Shown: one piece after another, positions 12,875-25,269 of the stretch
Layout: each line of letters begins with the position of its first letter
How positions within the stretch are numbered: position 1 is the stretch's first letter
Origin: Octopus sinensis
Taxonomy: Eukaryota
Assembly (NCBI RefSeq): GCF_006345805.1
Contig: NC_043003.1
Location: forward strand, 109,864,001-109,928,000
Length of the DNA: 64,000 bases
Direction: 5' to 3'
Program-made: the position numbers and the translations under genes
Notes under the pieces: model-generated
The model's database searches: none
The model's input: the letters and a program-made list of their open reading frames with translations, nothing else
Told to the model about the DNA's origin: nothing

Positions 12875-13010
12875 CGCAGGCGTGGCTGTGTGGTAAGAAG
12901 CTTGCTTCCCAACCACATGGTTCCAGGTTCAGTCCCACTGCGTGGTACCTTGGGCAAATGTCTTCTACTATAACCTCGGGCTGACCAAAGCCTTGTGAGT
13001 GGATTTATTA
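12872..13010 (+). mobile_element. tRNA-derived CORE-like SINE, 5' half
   Basis: GGCGCAGGCGTGGCTGTGTGGT (A-box-like), GGTTCAGTCCC (B-box-like) and ACCTTGGGCAAATGTCTT (CORE-like); other copies occur in the window. Confidence 0.85.
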
Positions 13011-13500
13011 GCGTTGAAAGGTAAGATAAATATAACACGTTCAACGCAGTAGAATGGGTGAGAGGCAAGAAGACATATAGCAGAGATAGGGGAAGGAGGA
13101 GCAACAAAGAAAGGAGAAGCGGGGAAAAGAGAGAGAGAGGGGGGTGGGAAGAGATATAGAGAGATAGATCGTGCGGAAGAAGGGAGTGGATAAAGAATAA
13201 TATTAAAAGACAATGGAACCGTTCTCATATCGTCGTAGAGAAAACATTGAAAAACGTTTTGTTTTCGACGATATATGATAAAGCAGTGGAAATATGGAAA
13301 TTCCAAAACGAAATGTTATTTCTCTCTCTCTCTCTGTCTATCTATCTCTCTACCTACCTACCTACCTACCTACCTACCTACATAGCTACGTACCTACGTA
13401 CCTACGTACCTACCTACCTACCTACTACTACGGATCTATCTGAATACCTACCTACCTACATACCTACCTACCTACCTATCTATCTATCTATCTATATATA

Positions 13501-13535
<35 letters not shown>

Positions 13536-13538
13536 TTG

Positions 13539-13569
<31 letters not shown>

Positions 13570-13603
13570 TTCTCTCTCTCTCTCTATCTATCTATCCATC
13601 TGT

Positions 13604-14229
13604 CTTTCCCATCAAGGCAGGTTTTCAGAGACCGGAATAGCACGCTAGTAAAGAGGGCTTTGACGGGAGCCATCATCAACAACAATTGGTGGTTTGCTCT
13701 CAAGGGAGCAATAAAAGCCGAAGCGATTAGGTATAGCAAAGCACTACCCATAGATAGAAACAGAGTAGAGGATGATCTTGTTTAGAAGTTAGAAGAGGCG
13801 ATTAGAAGTGGCATCCAACGTACTGGCGGCGAGGTTTGCCCTCGACGAAAACTTCAACGCCAAACACGAAGGGTGTGTTGTCAGAGCTAGGATGCCTGCT
13901 CTAAGAACGAAGGTGTTGGAGCTGCGCGGGAAACCCGGGTGGCGGAGGCGCAACAGGGCAACAAAGCCACCATTCGGTCTCTGGTAGATGAACGGGACCG
14001 CGAATTACTCGAGCCAAGTAAAATGTGTGACGCCTTTCAACAGCATTTTGCCCGATTGTTCGGGACGAGTGGCGAGCGAGAACGCAGGGTGGACTTCAGT
14101 GCCTACCTGCACAACCTGCCACGACTCTTGACAAGAGAGGCAGGGTGCGGAGACGGTGCCATCATAGCGGCGGAAGTGCGGGACGCGATGGTAGAATGCT
14201 CGAGGGACAAATCGCCGGGTTTGGATGGT
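13604..14229 (+). mobile_element. Tx1/L1-clade LINE ORF2 fragment (endonuclease-to-RT linker)
   Basis: HEGCVVRAR...KATIRSLVDERDRELLEPSKMCDAFQQHFARLF...EVRDAMVECSRDKSPGLDG; begins right after a (TATC)n tract. Confidence 0.85.
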
Positions 14230-14959
14230 GTCGCTTGTTTACCGGGGCTAAGCCATTCCTTACGCTGCATTCCATTGACGTACAAGCACCATTTTTCGTA
14301 GCCAGTAACGATTGGGTAAAGAAATCGTTGCTTGTGTCCATGAGTTGAGCGTTGACGAGCAAGCAAAGTAGCGGAGATTATGGCTCGTTGATTTTTGCTG
14401 TTGTCACTTAAAGCATGCGGAATCCATGCTCCATACTTTTGAACCTTTACCATCGAGTGAAGATGCTCCTCTATAGCAGTGTGGGAGCATTCCATTTTCT
14501 CTGCCAGCTCCCTTGTCGTCTGACGAGTGTTTTCGCGCAAAAGCTGCTTTAATCGCTCTTCATTGAATTCAAATGAACGGCCAGAATGAGGTGCGATTTT
14601 GAGGTCAAAATTTCCATTTTTGAACTTGGCATAGCAATCACGAGCGGTTCTTTCAGCTATGGCACCCTCTCCATACACAGTAAAAATGTCACGAGGAACT
14701 TTTGCGACCTTAGAACCTTGATTAAAAGCAAAAAGAAGGAGGTGTCGAAAATGCTCGTTTTTCTTAACTTAACATTCCATTTTAATTATCTGAAAATAAA
14801 CAAAAATTAACTAAAATTAACTAAAAAAGAACCCAACAAAATAAATTTCAAAATGATTCAAAAATAGAATTCTCGAAAAAAAAAAGGATTCCAAAATTTA
14901 AAAACGCAATAAATTTCAAAATTTAAAACAACCTCGAGAACTTAGTCGCCAACCCAATA
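14230..14959 (-). mobile_element. mariner transposon, 5' TIR plus N-terminal transposase, 3'-truncated
   Basis: TIR TATTGGGTTGGCGACTAAG at 14941-14959; WIPHAL (WVPHEL-like) motif; IVTGYEKWCLY (TGDEKW, first catalytic Asp mutated). Confidence 0.92.
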
Positions 14960-16361
14960 TGTATGCTCATTTGAATGCATATATGTATGTATGCATGTGT
15001 GTATGAGTCTCTATGTTTCAATGTAACTATGTAGGAGGAATGGGTAATTTGCTAATTTCTCGATTTTTTGTCCCTATCTGTATGAATCCATCACATTGCA
15101 ACTATTACGTCATCTTCAGGAGGAGTAAAAATTGGTCAGCATTAGTTATTATTGAAGTTGAGACAGTTTGAAACATTCAGGTGACCGGGACTTCATTTTC
15201 AAGAAACATTTCCTTAAACTGATTTTAATTGGAATTTCTAATAAAATATCTGAATAATTTTTGGTGTTTAACAATCAATTAGGTTTTTTTTTATTTTGGC
15301 TGGTTTCCAAGCCAATTTTTTCACACACTAATGTCTAATTTGAACATTTTCAGTTTTCAAAAAAAAGAAAAAAAAAAGAGATGTCTGAACTCGAGCATAA
15401 TGAGTAATAACTGATTTCAATAACTGCTAGGTGTGTAAATATATCATGAATAGAACCACTCCAGCAGATCGTGAAGAGGCAAGATATTTTATATTTTTGT
15501 TGCATTTCTTATTTTTCTAATGTCAAAGGATAGATATTGATGTGTATGAGTCTATTCTCAAATGTAATTCTGGTGAATTGAAGGGACAAATTTAACTGAT
15601 TTTGTCTCACTCATTTTGCTCCCGCTAAATTTGTCTTTTATGTGCTCAAAGAAGACAGACAATTTTCTGAAATAGTGTTCTGAATACGTTATAGTGTTTT
15701 TAATGCATTTAGAGCTCATTTGCTTAGCTGATAGCTTTGCAAGGTGGTGAACATTTGTAAAAAAGTTTTTTTTCTCAAAATCAAAAATTCAGTAACTTTT
15801 ATTTATTGCGTCCCCTTTTGATATGCTTGTTTACGCAAGAAGCTTTGAATGTTAAGTGCATGAAATGTATATATGTTTACTATATATGAACACATACAGG
15901 AATACAATATAATGTATGCGTATTTGTGTGTATATATGCCTTAGTGCATGTGTATGTGCGTGCGCGGTTTTATATTACGTATAACCGCCTTCATTATTAC
16001 ATCAATTTTAACGTTACCATTTTGTTAACTTATCCATTGATTCATACGGTAAATGCTATATACAAGTAAGTGGGATTCAACCAAGCCATACAAGGATTGT
16101 GTGTGTGTTTGCGAGAATGTATTTCTGATTTGTATAATAGAGAACAAGTCAGTATCTACCACACAAACAAGGCTTGGCCATTGATAAATGGGTATCATTA
16201 ACTAGGTAATCAGAGGTGACCAGACACATGTATATTGGTGTATGGATGTTTGTATGTATGTATATATGTGTGCATGCATGGATGCATGCTAATCTTGGAG
16301 CTAATCAACGGCAGCTTTAGTCTTATATTTATGGACTGCCATACTAGCTTGGCAATAACTG

Positions 16362-16406
<45 letters not shown>

Positions 16407-16516
16407 ATATAATATTATATATATATATAAAATATTATTCGAGACAAAACCACTATTTTGCAAACAAACAAGGAAAGACTAATTAATACATAATTTTAAT
16501 AAATAGTCAAAAAAAC

Positions 16517-16561
16517 GCCATTACAATCGTTTCTTGTCTTGATCGACAATCTTCAGGTGGC
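16517..16561 (-). ncRNA. Minimal type I hammerhead ribozyme motif (mirror copy)
   Basis: GCCAC-CUGAAGA-UUGUC gaucaa GACAA-GAAAC gauu GUA^-AUGGC; the first stem I pair is mismatched (C-A). Confidence 0.72.
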
Positions 16562-16614
16562 TTCCAATTTACAATTCAGTGTCAATTTTTGGCACTGAAT
16601 TGTAAATTGGAAGT

Positions 16615-16657
16615 CCACCTGAAGATTGTCGATCAAGACAAGAAACGATTGTAGTGG
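16615..16657 (+). ncRNA. Minimal type I hammerhead ribozyme motif
   Basis: CCAC-CUGAAGA-UUGUC gaucaa GACAA-GAAA-C gauu G-UA^-GUGG: intact catalytic core, 4-bp stem I, 5-bp stem II, 1-bp stem III with self-complementary CGAUUG. Pair 10.1-11.1 is U-A rather than the usual G-C. Confidence 0.8.
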
Positions 16658-17404
16658 CGGTTTTTTTGACTATTTATAAAATTTTATGTATTAATTAGTC
16701 TTTCCTTGTTGTTTTGCAAAATAGTGGTTTTGTCTCGAATAATATTTTATAATATTTTACTATAAAATCGATTTATCATAAATCTGATTTTTTCCCTGTA
16801 AATTTGGATTTATTCCCTAATATTTATATATATATATATATATATTCATTCCTTTCATGAATTTATCCCTTTTTTGTGTTCTAGCACTACGCTTCCTTAT
16901 TTGGAAGCCTTTTATTATATTTCTATACGAAATAATATAGTCTAATGACTAATTCGTCTTTTGTGCTAGGCCACTGGTAATAATAATTTATTTTATTACC
17001 CTATTTGATTATGTTTAAATATTGCTTGATAATTTGTTCCTAAATTTTTTACGCGCATCCTCTCTGTCGCCGGGTATGGTTTGCGTCTGCGCAGAGGTTT
17101 GAAAAGTTAGGATATACAAACCTTTAGATCTACATGTGCTTCTAACAGTCTGTGCGTCTAGGAATACGAAGGCTTCCCACTGAAGACCCTGGCCTGGCAA
17201 ATATATTCTGCGTGTTTGCTAAAAATAGGTAGAAACCGTCGGCCTGGGATATAGCTGGGATAGTAACTGTTTTTAATTTTCATTCCTTTCATGAATTTAT
17301 CCCTTTTTGTGTTTCTAGCACTACGCTTCCTTATTTGGAAGCATCTTATTATATATATATATTATTAACTGTTATGGACAAGCTAATATTGCAGTCCATA
17401 AATA

Positions 17405-17630
17405 TAAGACTAAATCTGCTGTTGATTAGCTCCAAGAGGCCATCGCCTCTAGCTAGCAATATGACACACGAACCTGTGGCCATTATAATCTTCGAACAGG
17501 GGAGGTCAGCCGCTTCCCCTTACTGGTCAGACATCTGCAGATATATTTCAGGGTATTTGCCTTTTATCAATGCAGAGTAGCCAAACCCAGCAGGCGTCAC
17601 TGCTGACCGTCTGTTCGAAGGATTATTTAC
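17405..17630. repeat. Interspersed repeat related to 31870-31975 (opposite strand), with an internal ~25-bp inverted repeat
   Basis: TTAGCTCCAAGAGGCCATCGCCTCTAGCTAGCAATATGACACAC resembles the reverse complement of 31900-31975; ATAATCTTCGAACAG..GGTCAGC pairs with GCTGACC..CTGTTCGAAGGATTAT. Confidence 0.55.
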
Positions 17631-17687
17631 CCAATTTCAGTGGAATACATCCACTGGTTTTCAAAAGTCTCTCAAAAGTCACTCTAA

Positions 17688-17790
17688 AGGACACTCCACA
17701 GACACGTGTACACTTAACGTAGTTCTCAGGTATATTCAGCATGACATAGAATGTGACAAGGCAGGCTCCTTGAAATACAGGTACTACTAA
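17688..17790 (-). mobile_element. 3' fragment of the SINE family at 30397-30778
   Basis: Reverse complement matches GTACCTGTATTTCAA...GAGAACTACGTTAAG.GTACACGTGTCTGTGGA. Confidence 0.8.
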
Positions 17791-18089
17791 TTGATAAAAT
17801 GAGTATCAGTTGAGAACTGGGGTTAATGCGATGTGATCAAATTACAGCCTTCCCTGAAATATTGGCTTTGTGCAAAAAATTTAAAACCAATATTGAATAC
17901 GAAGGTCCTTCAGCTAATGTAATCAGACGACTAATCAGTTAATAAGTCTATGAGTAGTGGCATTAATGTACGAGATTGTATTCATAGCAAATTTAATAAA
18001 GACACTCTCAAACATCAAGCATGCGTTTGTTTACTTCAAGTCATGAATGTAAGTAGGTATGTATTCGTGTATGGACGGATGTATTTATG

Positions 18090-18126
<37 letters not shown>

Positions 18127-18199
18127 CCTGTTCTGTCAGTCTTTTAACCTCCATATAATCTATATATTGAGGTAGATAAGTTAATGTTGTAGAGATATA

Positions 18200-18212
18200 C
18201 ATACATACACAC

Positions 18213-18243
<31 letters not shown>

Positions 18244-18370
18244 TGTGTGTTGTGGTGCGTGTGTGTGTGTATTATATATAATATATATATATATATATTA
18301 CACCACACATATATAATAATATATATATAATATATTTATATATATATATATAATATACATATATATATAT

Positions 18371-18413
<43 letters not shown>

Positions 18414-18513
18414 TACACACATATATATATATATATATATTTCTATATATATATAATATACACATATATATATTATATAATATATACATATATATATATA
18501 TATTTATATATAT

Positions 18514-18557
<44 letters not shown>

Positions 18558-18694
18558 TATATACATGCACGGATGCACGCAGACGGTTATGCACAAACAT
18601 CACTTATAATATATATATTGTTTCTGCATATCTGCATGCATAAGTATATATATCCACATGCTTAGAGTCATTTACTGATATACGACTTAAGATT

Positions 18695-18730
<36 letters not shown>
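18200..18730. repeat. Long degenerate (TA)n array
   Basis: Direct reading. Confidence 0.9.
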
Positions 18731-18745
<15 letters not shown>

Positions 18746-19434
18746 AGTGTGTGTGTGTGTGTGTGTTTGTGTATGCATATATATGTGTGTGTATATATGT
18801 GCGTGTGTCTGTGTGTGCATTTACCGCTACTTCTATATCTCTCTCCACCGCAACCACACATAACGTGTGTGGATGTGTGAGTGTGAACATGTGGATGTGT
18901 GCAGGCGCTTACTTTTACTTATATATGTGTAAATATAAAAAAAAGGTCGCCAGTCAATAAGACATAGGAAAAGAAGAGAAAATTAAATACATTGGCTAAA
19001 AGGAAGATGTGTATAAGGCGCTAGGAGAGCAATAATGTTATCGAATAAAGTAGAATAAATACAATATACATAATAAATGAATGAATGTATAAATAAAGCA
19101 ACAATATACTCTAAATAAGACGAATGAATAGTAAAAAAATTGTTGTAGCTAAGAGCAAATGAAGAGCAATATCGTAATGTTGGATATGAACGATCTGGTG
19201 TACGGGGAATGAAAGGTTTATACTCTGATAAGTCAATGCATAAAAAGGAGCAAAGGGAAAAAAACGGTTAGATGAATAGCTGGAGTGAAAGGGAGAGTGA
19301 GGGAGAGAAAGATGGGGAGTGAGTGGAAAAGAGAGCGAAAGAGTGTGAAATGAGATTTAGGTCAAAAGATTAAAAGTACGTCTGATAGGGATATTTGTGT
19401 GTGTGTGTCTTTATATCCATGTCTACACACACAC

Positions 19435-19476
<42 letters not shown>

Positions 19477-19479
<3 letters not shown>

Positions 19480-19615
19480 TCGACTTTGCCTTTCATCCTT
19501 TCGGGGTGATAAATAAAATACCAGTTACGCACGGGGGTCGATGTAATCGACTTAATCCGTTGTCTGTCCTTCTTTGTCCACTCTATGTTTAGCCCCTTGT
19601 GGCTAGTAAAGAAAT
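19477..19615 (+). mobile_element. 5'-truncated copy of the GGCGGCGAGCTGGCAGAAACGTT SINE family
   Basis: GGTCGACTTTGCCTTTCATCCTTTCGGGG...GGGGTCGATGTAATCGAC...CCCCTTGTGG matches the reverse complement of 34190-34330. Confidence 0.85.
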
Positions 19616-19627
19616 ATGTATATATAT

Positions 19628-19737
<110 letters not shown>

Positions 19738-19775
19738 TATATGTATGTATGTGAATGTATTATGTGAATGTAAGT

Positions 19776-20105
19776 GAAGGCGCATGGCTTAGTGGTCAGA
19801 GCGTCGAACTTACGACCGTGAGTTTGGGAGTTCGAATCCCGGATCGGGCTGCGTGTTGTGTTCTTGAGCAAGACACTTTATTGCACGTTGCTCCAGTTAA
19901 CTCAGCTGTAGAAATGAGATGCAACATCACTGGTGCCAAGCTGTATCGGCCCCTTGCCTTTCCCTTAGATAACATCGGTGGCATGAAGTAGGGAGGCTGG
20001 TATGCATGGACGACTGCTGGTCTTCCATAAACAACGTTGCCTGCAGTTGTGCCTCGGAGCGTAGCTTTCTAAGTGCAATCCGATGGTCATTCGTGACCGA
20101 AGGGG
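19776..20105 (+). mobile_element. Full-length tRNA-derived SINE, third family
   Basis: A box TGGCTTAGTGG, B box GTTCGAATCC, and TGTGTTCTTGAGCAAGACACTT; second copy at 48870-49115. Confidence 0.85.
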
Positions 20106-20197
20106 GTCTGCGATGTACGTATGTATATGTATATATATATGTACGTATATATATACGCACATACATACAGACATATATATATATACATATATATTTA

Positions 20198-20232
<35 letters not shown>

Positions 20233-20397
20233 GTAAATATGCATATATATATAATATATTATATATATATACTTTATTTTAAGCAGCAGATGTAATATGT
20301 GAGAAGTATTCGGTAGCCATGATGAAAATCCGACTTTCGGATGTCGGGGCGGAAACCCACGCCGTCATTTCTTCAGTTATCCGGCCATATATATTTT

Positions 20398-20432
<35 letters not shown>

Positions 20433-20843
20433 TTGGGTGTGTGTGTGTTTGTATAGGGTTATATATATATATATGCTTATATGTATGGTTATATTTTTCA
20501 ATTATTAATTTTTAAAAATATTATATAAGGCTAATTCTTCTAAAAGGTTTAAGATAATGAGTAAATAGATAACAAATTGGCGTGACTTAAAATATCTAAG
20601 TTTCATTAATCATAACGTAGAATTCTTATCTTTATGTTTTATTCTTTAGCTATCCGGTGACGTCACTAATAGATCTATACAAAAATAGCCATTTTTAGAT
20701 TATACATCTATGTAGATGACAATTAGAAAATTGTTATAATGTAGAATTCTTAAGTTTTTTTTTATTTCACCATCCACTAGCATCACCAATTGTGAAATGA
20801 CATTTTAAAACGTGTTTAGTTTTATATTAATTTTATAAGACCA

Positions 20844-20887
20844 CTATCAGAAATACCCAGCGTTGCTTGGAATTAAATGGCATAGTT

Positions 20888-20934
<47 letters not shown>

Positions 20935-22722
20935 TATGGCTAACGTTACAACATCCATATCATATCGCTGTAACTCATTTGCAACCAGAGCGGATTTTCT
21001 TTCTAAACGAGATTTCAGACAACCATTGTCTTATAACATTTGAACATTCCAACATCCCTCATTCATAGGCTTGCATCTTAGCTTAAATTTACTCACAGTT
21101 GCAGGATGACGACCGGATCCAAGCTGTGTTGCCCTGGGACATCTGCCGGGCCAGACTACAGAACAAAATGTTCCAGAGTCCTTTCTGCCATTTGCTTCAT
21201 TAGGCTAATTCGCCTAAATGACATGTCATAGGTCCGTTTGGTGGATTCTAGGCCCTAACCTGTCATGGAAAATTGATGGCGGTGGTGGTGGGGTCTTTGA
21301 ATGCACTGAAAAGCTGTCAGTATGTCTGCTGTCCTTTGCGGCGGTCGGTTCTGCATCTAACAATATTGTACGTAAATTGGTACATTCAGGAAAGAGACTT
21401 CAATGGCAGACGGGAACGGAGAATTGAACTGTTGCAGAAGGAGAAGGGTTGACATTGGAATGCTGGTGTGGCTGTAGAATAAGAAACATAAACTGCGCCT
21501 ATGTAGTAATTACGAGAAAAAATAAGGCGTAATGGCTTATCGAGTGGTTGGTAGAAGTAATTGGGGAATATGCTTTGATATTGAAGTCCATGTATGAAAC
21601 TGCTTTGTTGGTGCAGTCTTCAGTTGTGTTGGTATTATGCGGAAATGGTATCCATCTTCACCATTCACAAAGATCAGTGGATACTGGAGTGCATCATAGG
21701 ACGTAGTAATTCTTACAAATATTGTTTTTTTTCCCTTGTGAAACGAATGAAAATAAATTTTTGCTTTGATTGCACACTAGAGCAGCCAACATATAATTGC
21801 CTGTGTGAGAAGCACGACTCTTCCTAGTGAAGTCCTATCATAGACAGTGTTTGACCCTGGGATTTATTGATAGACATTGCGAAGCTGGTGCGAATAGGAA
21901 ATTGCACTCTTCTGAATGAAAAAGTAATTTCTCCTCCCGATTGAATGAGAGGAATCCTGGGTATGAAAACATACTCTCCTTTTCCACAACCAGATAGAAT
22001 GGTAGTATCAATAACATGTGATATCTTCGTTACCACCAGGCTTGTCTCATTTTATTGCAGAGTGTTGTTGGATCCACATACCTCAATATCTTTACTGGAG
22101 TTAACGCTTTAAGTTCCAATCTGTGGTAGTCCTGGAATCTCCAATAAAGTGAGAAATTCTGTTGCATAATTTACCACCTCTTCTGGATCTGGAATTGTAT
22201 CAACTGACTTACAGATGAAGGACTTCCAGGGCGTTACTGTAGCAACTGTCCATTAATTTTACTTGCAGTGCTGTTTTTATGAGCCAGTATTGCTCTTTCC
22301 GACAGCCAATTAAGACTGTGATAATTTTTCAAACAATCGAAGATCTCTTTGGAAACATTATGTCAAGAAAGGTAAAATTATATCAATATCTTGGCAAATT
22401 TTAAGAAATATATACAATGAACTCAGATGGCACTGTTATGCTAATAAAAACATTATTTAATATCAATATTCTAAAAAGCTGAAAAACGTTCAGCAGATTA
22501 ATCACGCTAGGTGTAAGGGGGGAAATCAATTTCTGAGAGTTACTTCGCAAAGAGATACCGCCTTTCTCCAAGTAACCCAGGAAGGGGCGTTTTCTGCTCC
22601 CAGAAGACGCGTTACTCGTTATGTGAAAAATTTTAGGAGTTTAAAACCATCTCTGGAATATAAGTAATATATGTTCCCAGCTTGGAGAAAATCAGTTGTT
22701 TCCACACACACACACACAACCT

Positions 22723-22753
<31 letters not shown>

Positions 22754-22755
22754 TT
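20844..22755 (-). mobile_element. Non-autonomous, internally rearranged Helitron with PIF1-helicase and Rep fragments and unassigned cargo
   Basis: Degenerate 3' end (CCAAGCAACGCTGG hairpin then ATAG|T) at ~20844-20870. Helicase VFIPRIPL...FPIRTSFAMSINKSQGQTL at ~21730-22400. Rep-like SYDALQYPLIFVNGEDGYH at ~21640-21705. Confidence 0.8.
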
Positions 22756-23029
22756 CGTTGTCAAATGACGTCACCATCAGTTGAATGAAAGAGTGTTTTA
22801 GATTGAATTAGATTTAGGCGTTCTTTTTGTTTGCGTTTATAAACTGATGATTTTTCAGATGTTCAGTTGGAATGTCATTAATTTTGGATAACCTTGATAA
22901 CTTTGTATAAACATATATTTTCGAGCATATTAATATTAATTTTAATGGTATTTTCTTTATATATATATGCATATGTACATGTATATCGGCAAATAGAACA
23001 CACACACACACACATACGCAATATTGGCT

Positions 23030-23235
23030 TCAAAGTTTGGTACAAGGCTAACAATTTCGGGGAATTGGTTAGTCGATTACATCGACCTCAGTGTTTAACT
23101 ATTATTTATTTTATTGACACCGAAAGGATGAAAGACAAAATGATCTTGGTACAATTTGAATTCAGAATGTAAAAGCAGATGAAATGCCGCTAAGCAATTT
23201 GCCTGGCGCGCTAACGATTCTGCTTCCTTGCCACC
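23030..23235 (-). mobile_element. Copy of the GGCGGCGAGCTGG SINE family
   Basis: GATTACATCGACC...GACACCGAAAGGATGAAAGACAA...TTTGAATTCAGAATGTAAA...GCGCGCTAACGATTCTGC. Confidence 0.8.
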
Positions 23236-23897
23236 AGAATATATAGACCCAATTTTAAGGTGCCTTTTAACGTGCACAGCATGTAACTAGTGGGTTAGAA
23301 CTGCATATGTTGCACTACGCTCCAAGACAGATGCATGTCACTACATGATGAGGAAATGTTACAGATCTGCTTGCTAAAATAGTCGTAGCGTATGGATAAA
23401 TAATATGTCACAAAATAACGTATTTTGGAATGATATATTTGTAAGATCTTTGCACGTGTATCAGTGGCTGTTGCATAATGATTATGTAAGCACAATTTTA
23501 TGCAATTTTGTGAGGACGTCATTTATTCAGAGCTACGATAAGTAACTATAGACTGTATAAAATGGCAGATATTTATACCCGATCAGAATTGGTAAAGGAA
23601 GTGTTGTGACTGACAACGATGAAGATAAGTTTGGTATACATTTGAAAGCTATACTATAGGGAATTAGATTGCAGTTAACAGGGTCATAAAACTATTAGAG
23701 ATAAAAGTAAACCAAAAAATAAAAGAATGCATATATCGGTTGAATATTGCATGAATTTCGAAGTCATTAATAGTCATTAAAACGCGTGTAAAATATGAAT
23801 AAATCACTCCAATATATATATATATATATATATATATTCGCATGCTATATACAGCTGCGCATGTACATACATATATATACAAACGCACACAAACATA

Positions 23898-24725
23898 TCC
23901 GGTTGACTAAAATGTAAGCAATGTTTTGTACTATGAAGAATTTGAACTGGATTTTTGCAGAGTTTTGAATATTTTTAAACATTTTTTGGGGGGAATTGTC
24001 TGATAATACAGACATGCACTTGCCTAAACGCACCAATAAATTAACAATGATATTTTTTTCACCGTTCTTACAATAATCTGAAATGGAACTGTCAAAGAGT
24101 GATATTCGAGAAATTTTGTTATTAAACTTCAAAAAAATATGTAAAGCAACTGAAACTGTTCTCGATATCAACAAAACGTTTGTAGAGGAAATGACCAGTG
24201 AGTGGATTAAACGATTTTTCAGTGGGGACCTGAGCCTTCAAGATCATGAGCGTAGTGGACGCCCATCTGTCATTGATGACGGTCAATTAACGACCGTCAT
24301 TGTGAAAGATCCACGTAAAACCACTCGAGAACTAGCAAAAAACTGCCTGCAACCAGTTGCATGCGATCAGAAAATCGAAAAAATTCGACGATTTAAATGA
24401 AATTCAGAAAATGCGCAGATATAAAATTTGCTCGTCGCTTCTTCTCCGTAACCAGAACGATCCATTTCTCGACCGTATTGTAACTTGCGATGAAAAGTGG
24501 ATTCTGTACAATAACAAAAAAAAAATGTTCTTCGCAGTGGTTGGACAAAAATGAAGCACTGAAAACCTACCATAAAACCGAGCTCTTCAAAAAGAAGTCA
24601 CGGTGACTGTTTGGTGGTGTACTGCTGGACTATACTGGTGTACTGCTCCACTATAATATCTTAAAACGCAGAAAATATCATTACTGCAGAAACATATTGC
24701 CATGAAGAGGGCCAATCATTCTTCA
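23898..24725 (+). mobile_element. Decayed mariner (Hsmar1/cecropia-like) transposase, frameshifted and 3'-truncated
   Basis: DIREILLLNFK...RSGRPSVIDD...PRKTTRELA; FLDRIVTCDEKWILYNN; VTVWW; ITAETYC joined to RGPIILQ. Confidence 0.88.
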
Positions 24726-25269
24726 GTGACTGAAACAAGTAAAAGAATAAAAGAAAAATAGAATACCATAACAACAACAACAACAATCGATGAAGAAAAC
24801 GGAAGATGGTTTTGGCATTAGTCTTTATTCAGTTCGATGATCGTTTCGACATCCTCTGCGACTGCCTTTTTATGGGTGTGATGTTTTGCATCAAATTCTC
24901 TTACATCGATCAGTGCAGACTGGGTGATATCAGGTCCATGCATGCATAAATTGGTGTCCGATAAATATATTGAGTTCTCGCAGTCATGTTGATGTTTGCC
25001 AGCTGTAGTAGCCCAAAGTGTTAACGTGCTTCATACAACACACTAATTGGCATATCTCCATTAGCCCACATTCCCAATTACACATACACGCGCGCGCACA
25101 AAGAGACAAACACACACACACACAATTCCTGTATACGTATACATGAATTTTTGTTATAAGGTTCCTAATGTAAAAACGTGTGTTGAAACATATATTGGTG
25201 TACTTCGGGATGGTCATGTTTTTGTGTGCCAAATACACACGCACGCTATTTATTCGTTCTCCATTCGTT

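Larger units (their letters stand above)
16427..16750. mobile_element. Near-perfect 324-bp palindrome (PLE pseudo-LTR-like fold-back) flanked by (TA)-rich DNA
   Basis: Arms 16427-16584 and 16590-16750 are reverse complements with only a few differences; 5-nt loop ATTTT. Confidence 0.95.

Noticed and set aside
16427-16750. Possibility of a CRISPR array, prokaryotic terminator or bacterial contamination
   Set aside because: There is no repeat-spacer periodicity anywhere, and the context is eukaryotic microsatellite and retroelement DNA.
24800-24960. Stop-free ~50-codon frames after the mariner
   Set aside because: No recognisable motif or splice pair; expected by chance.
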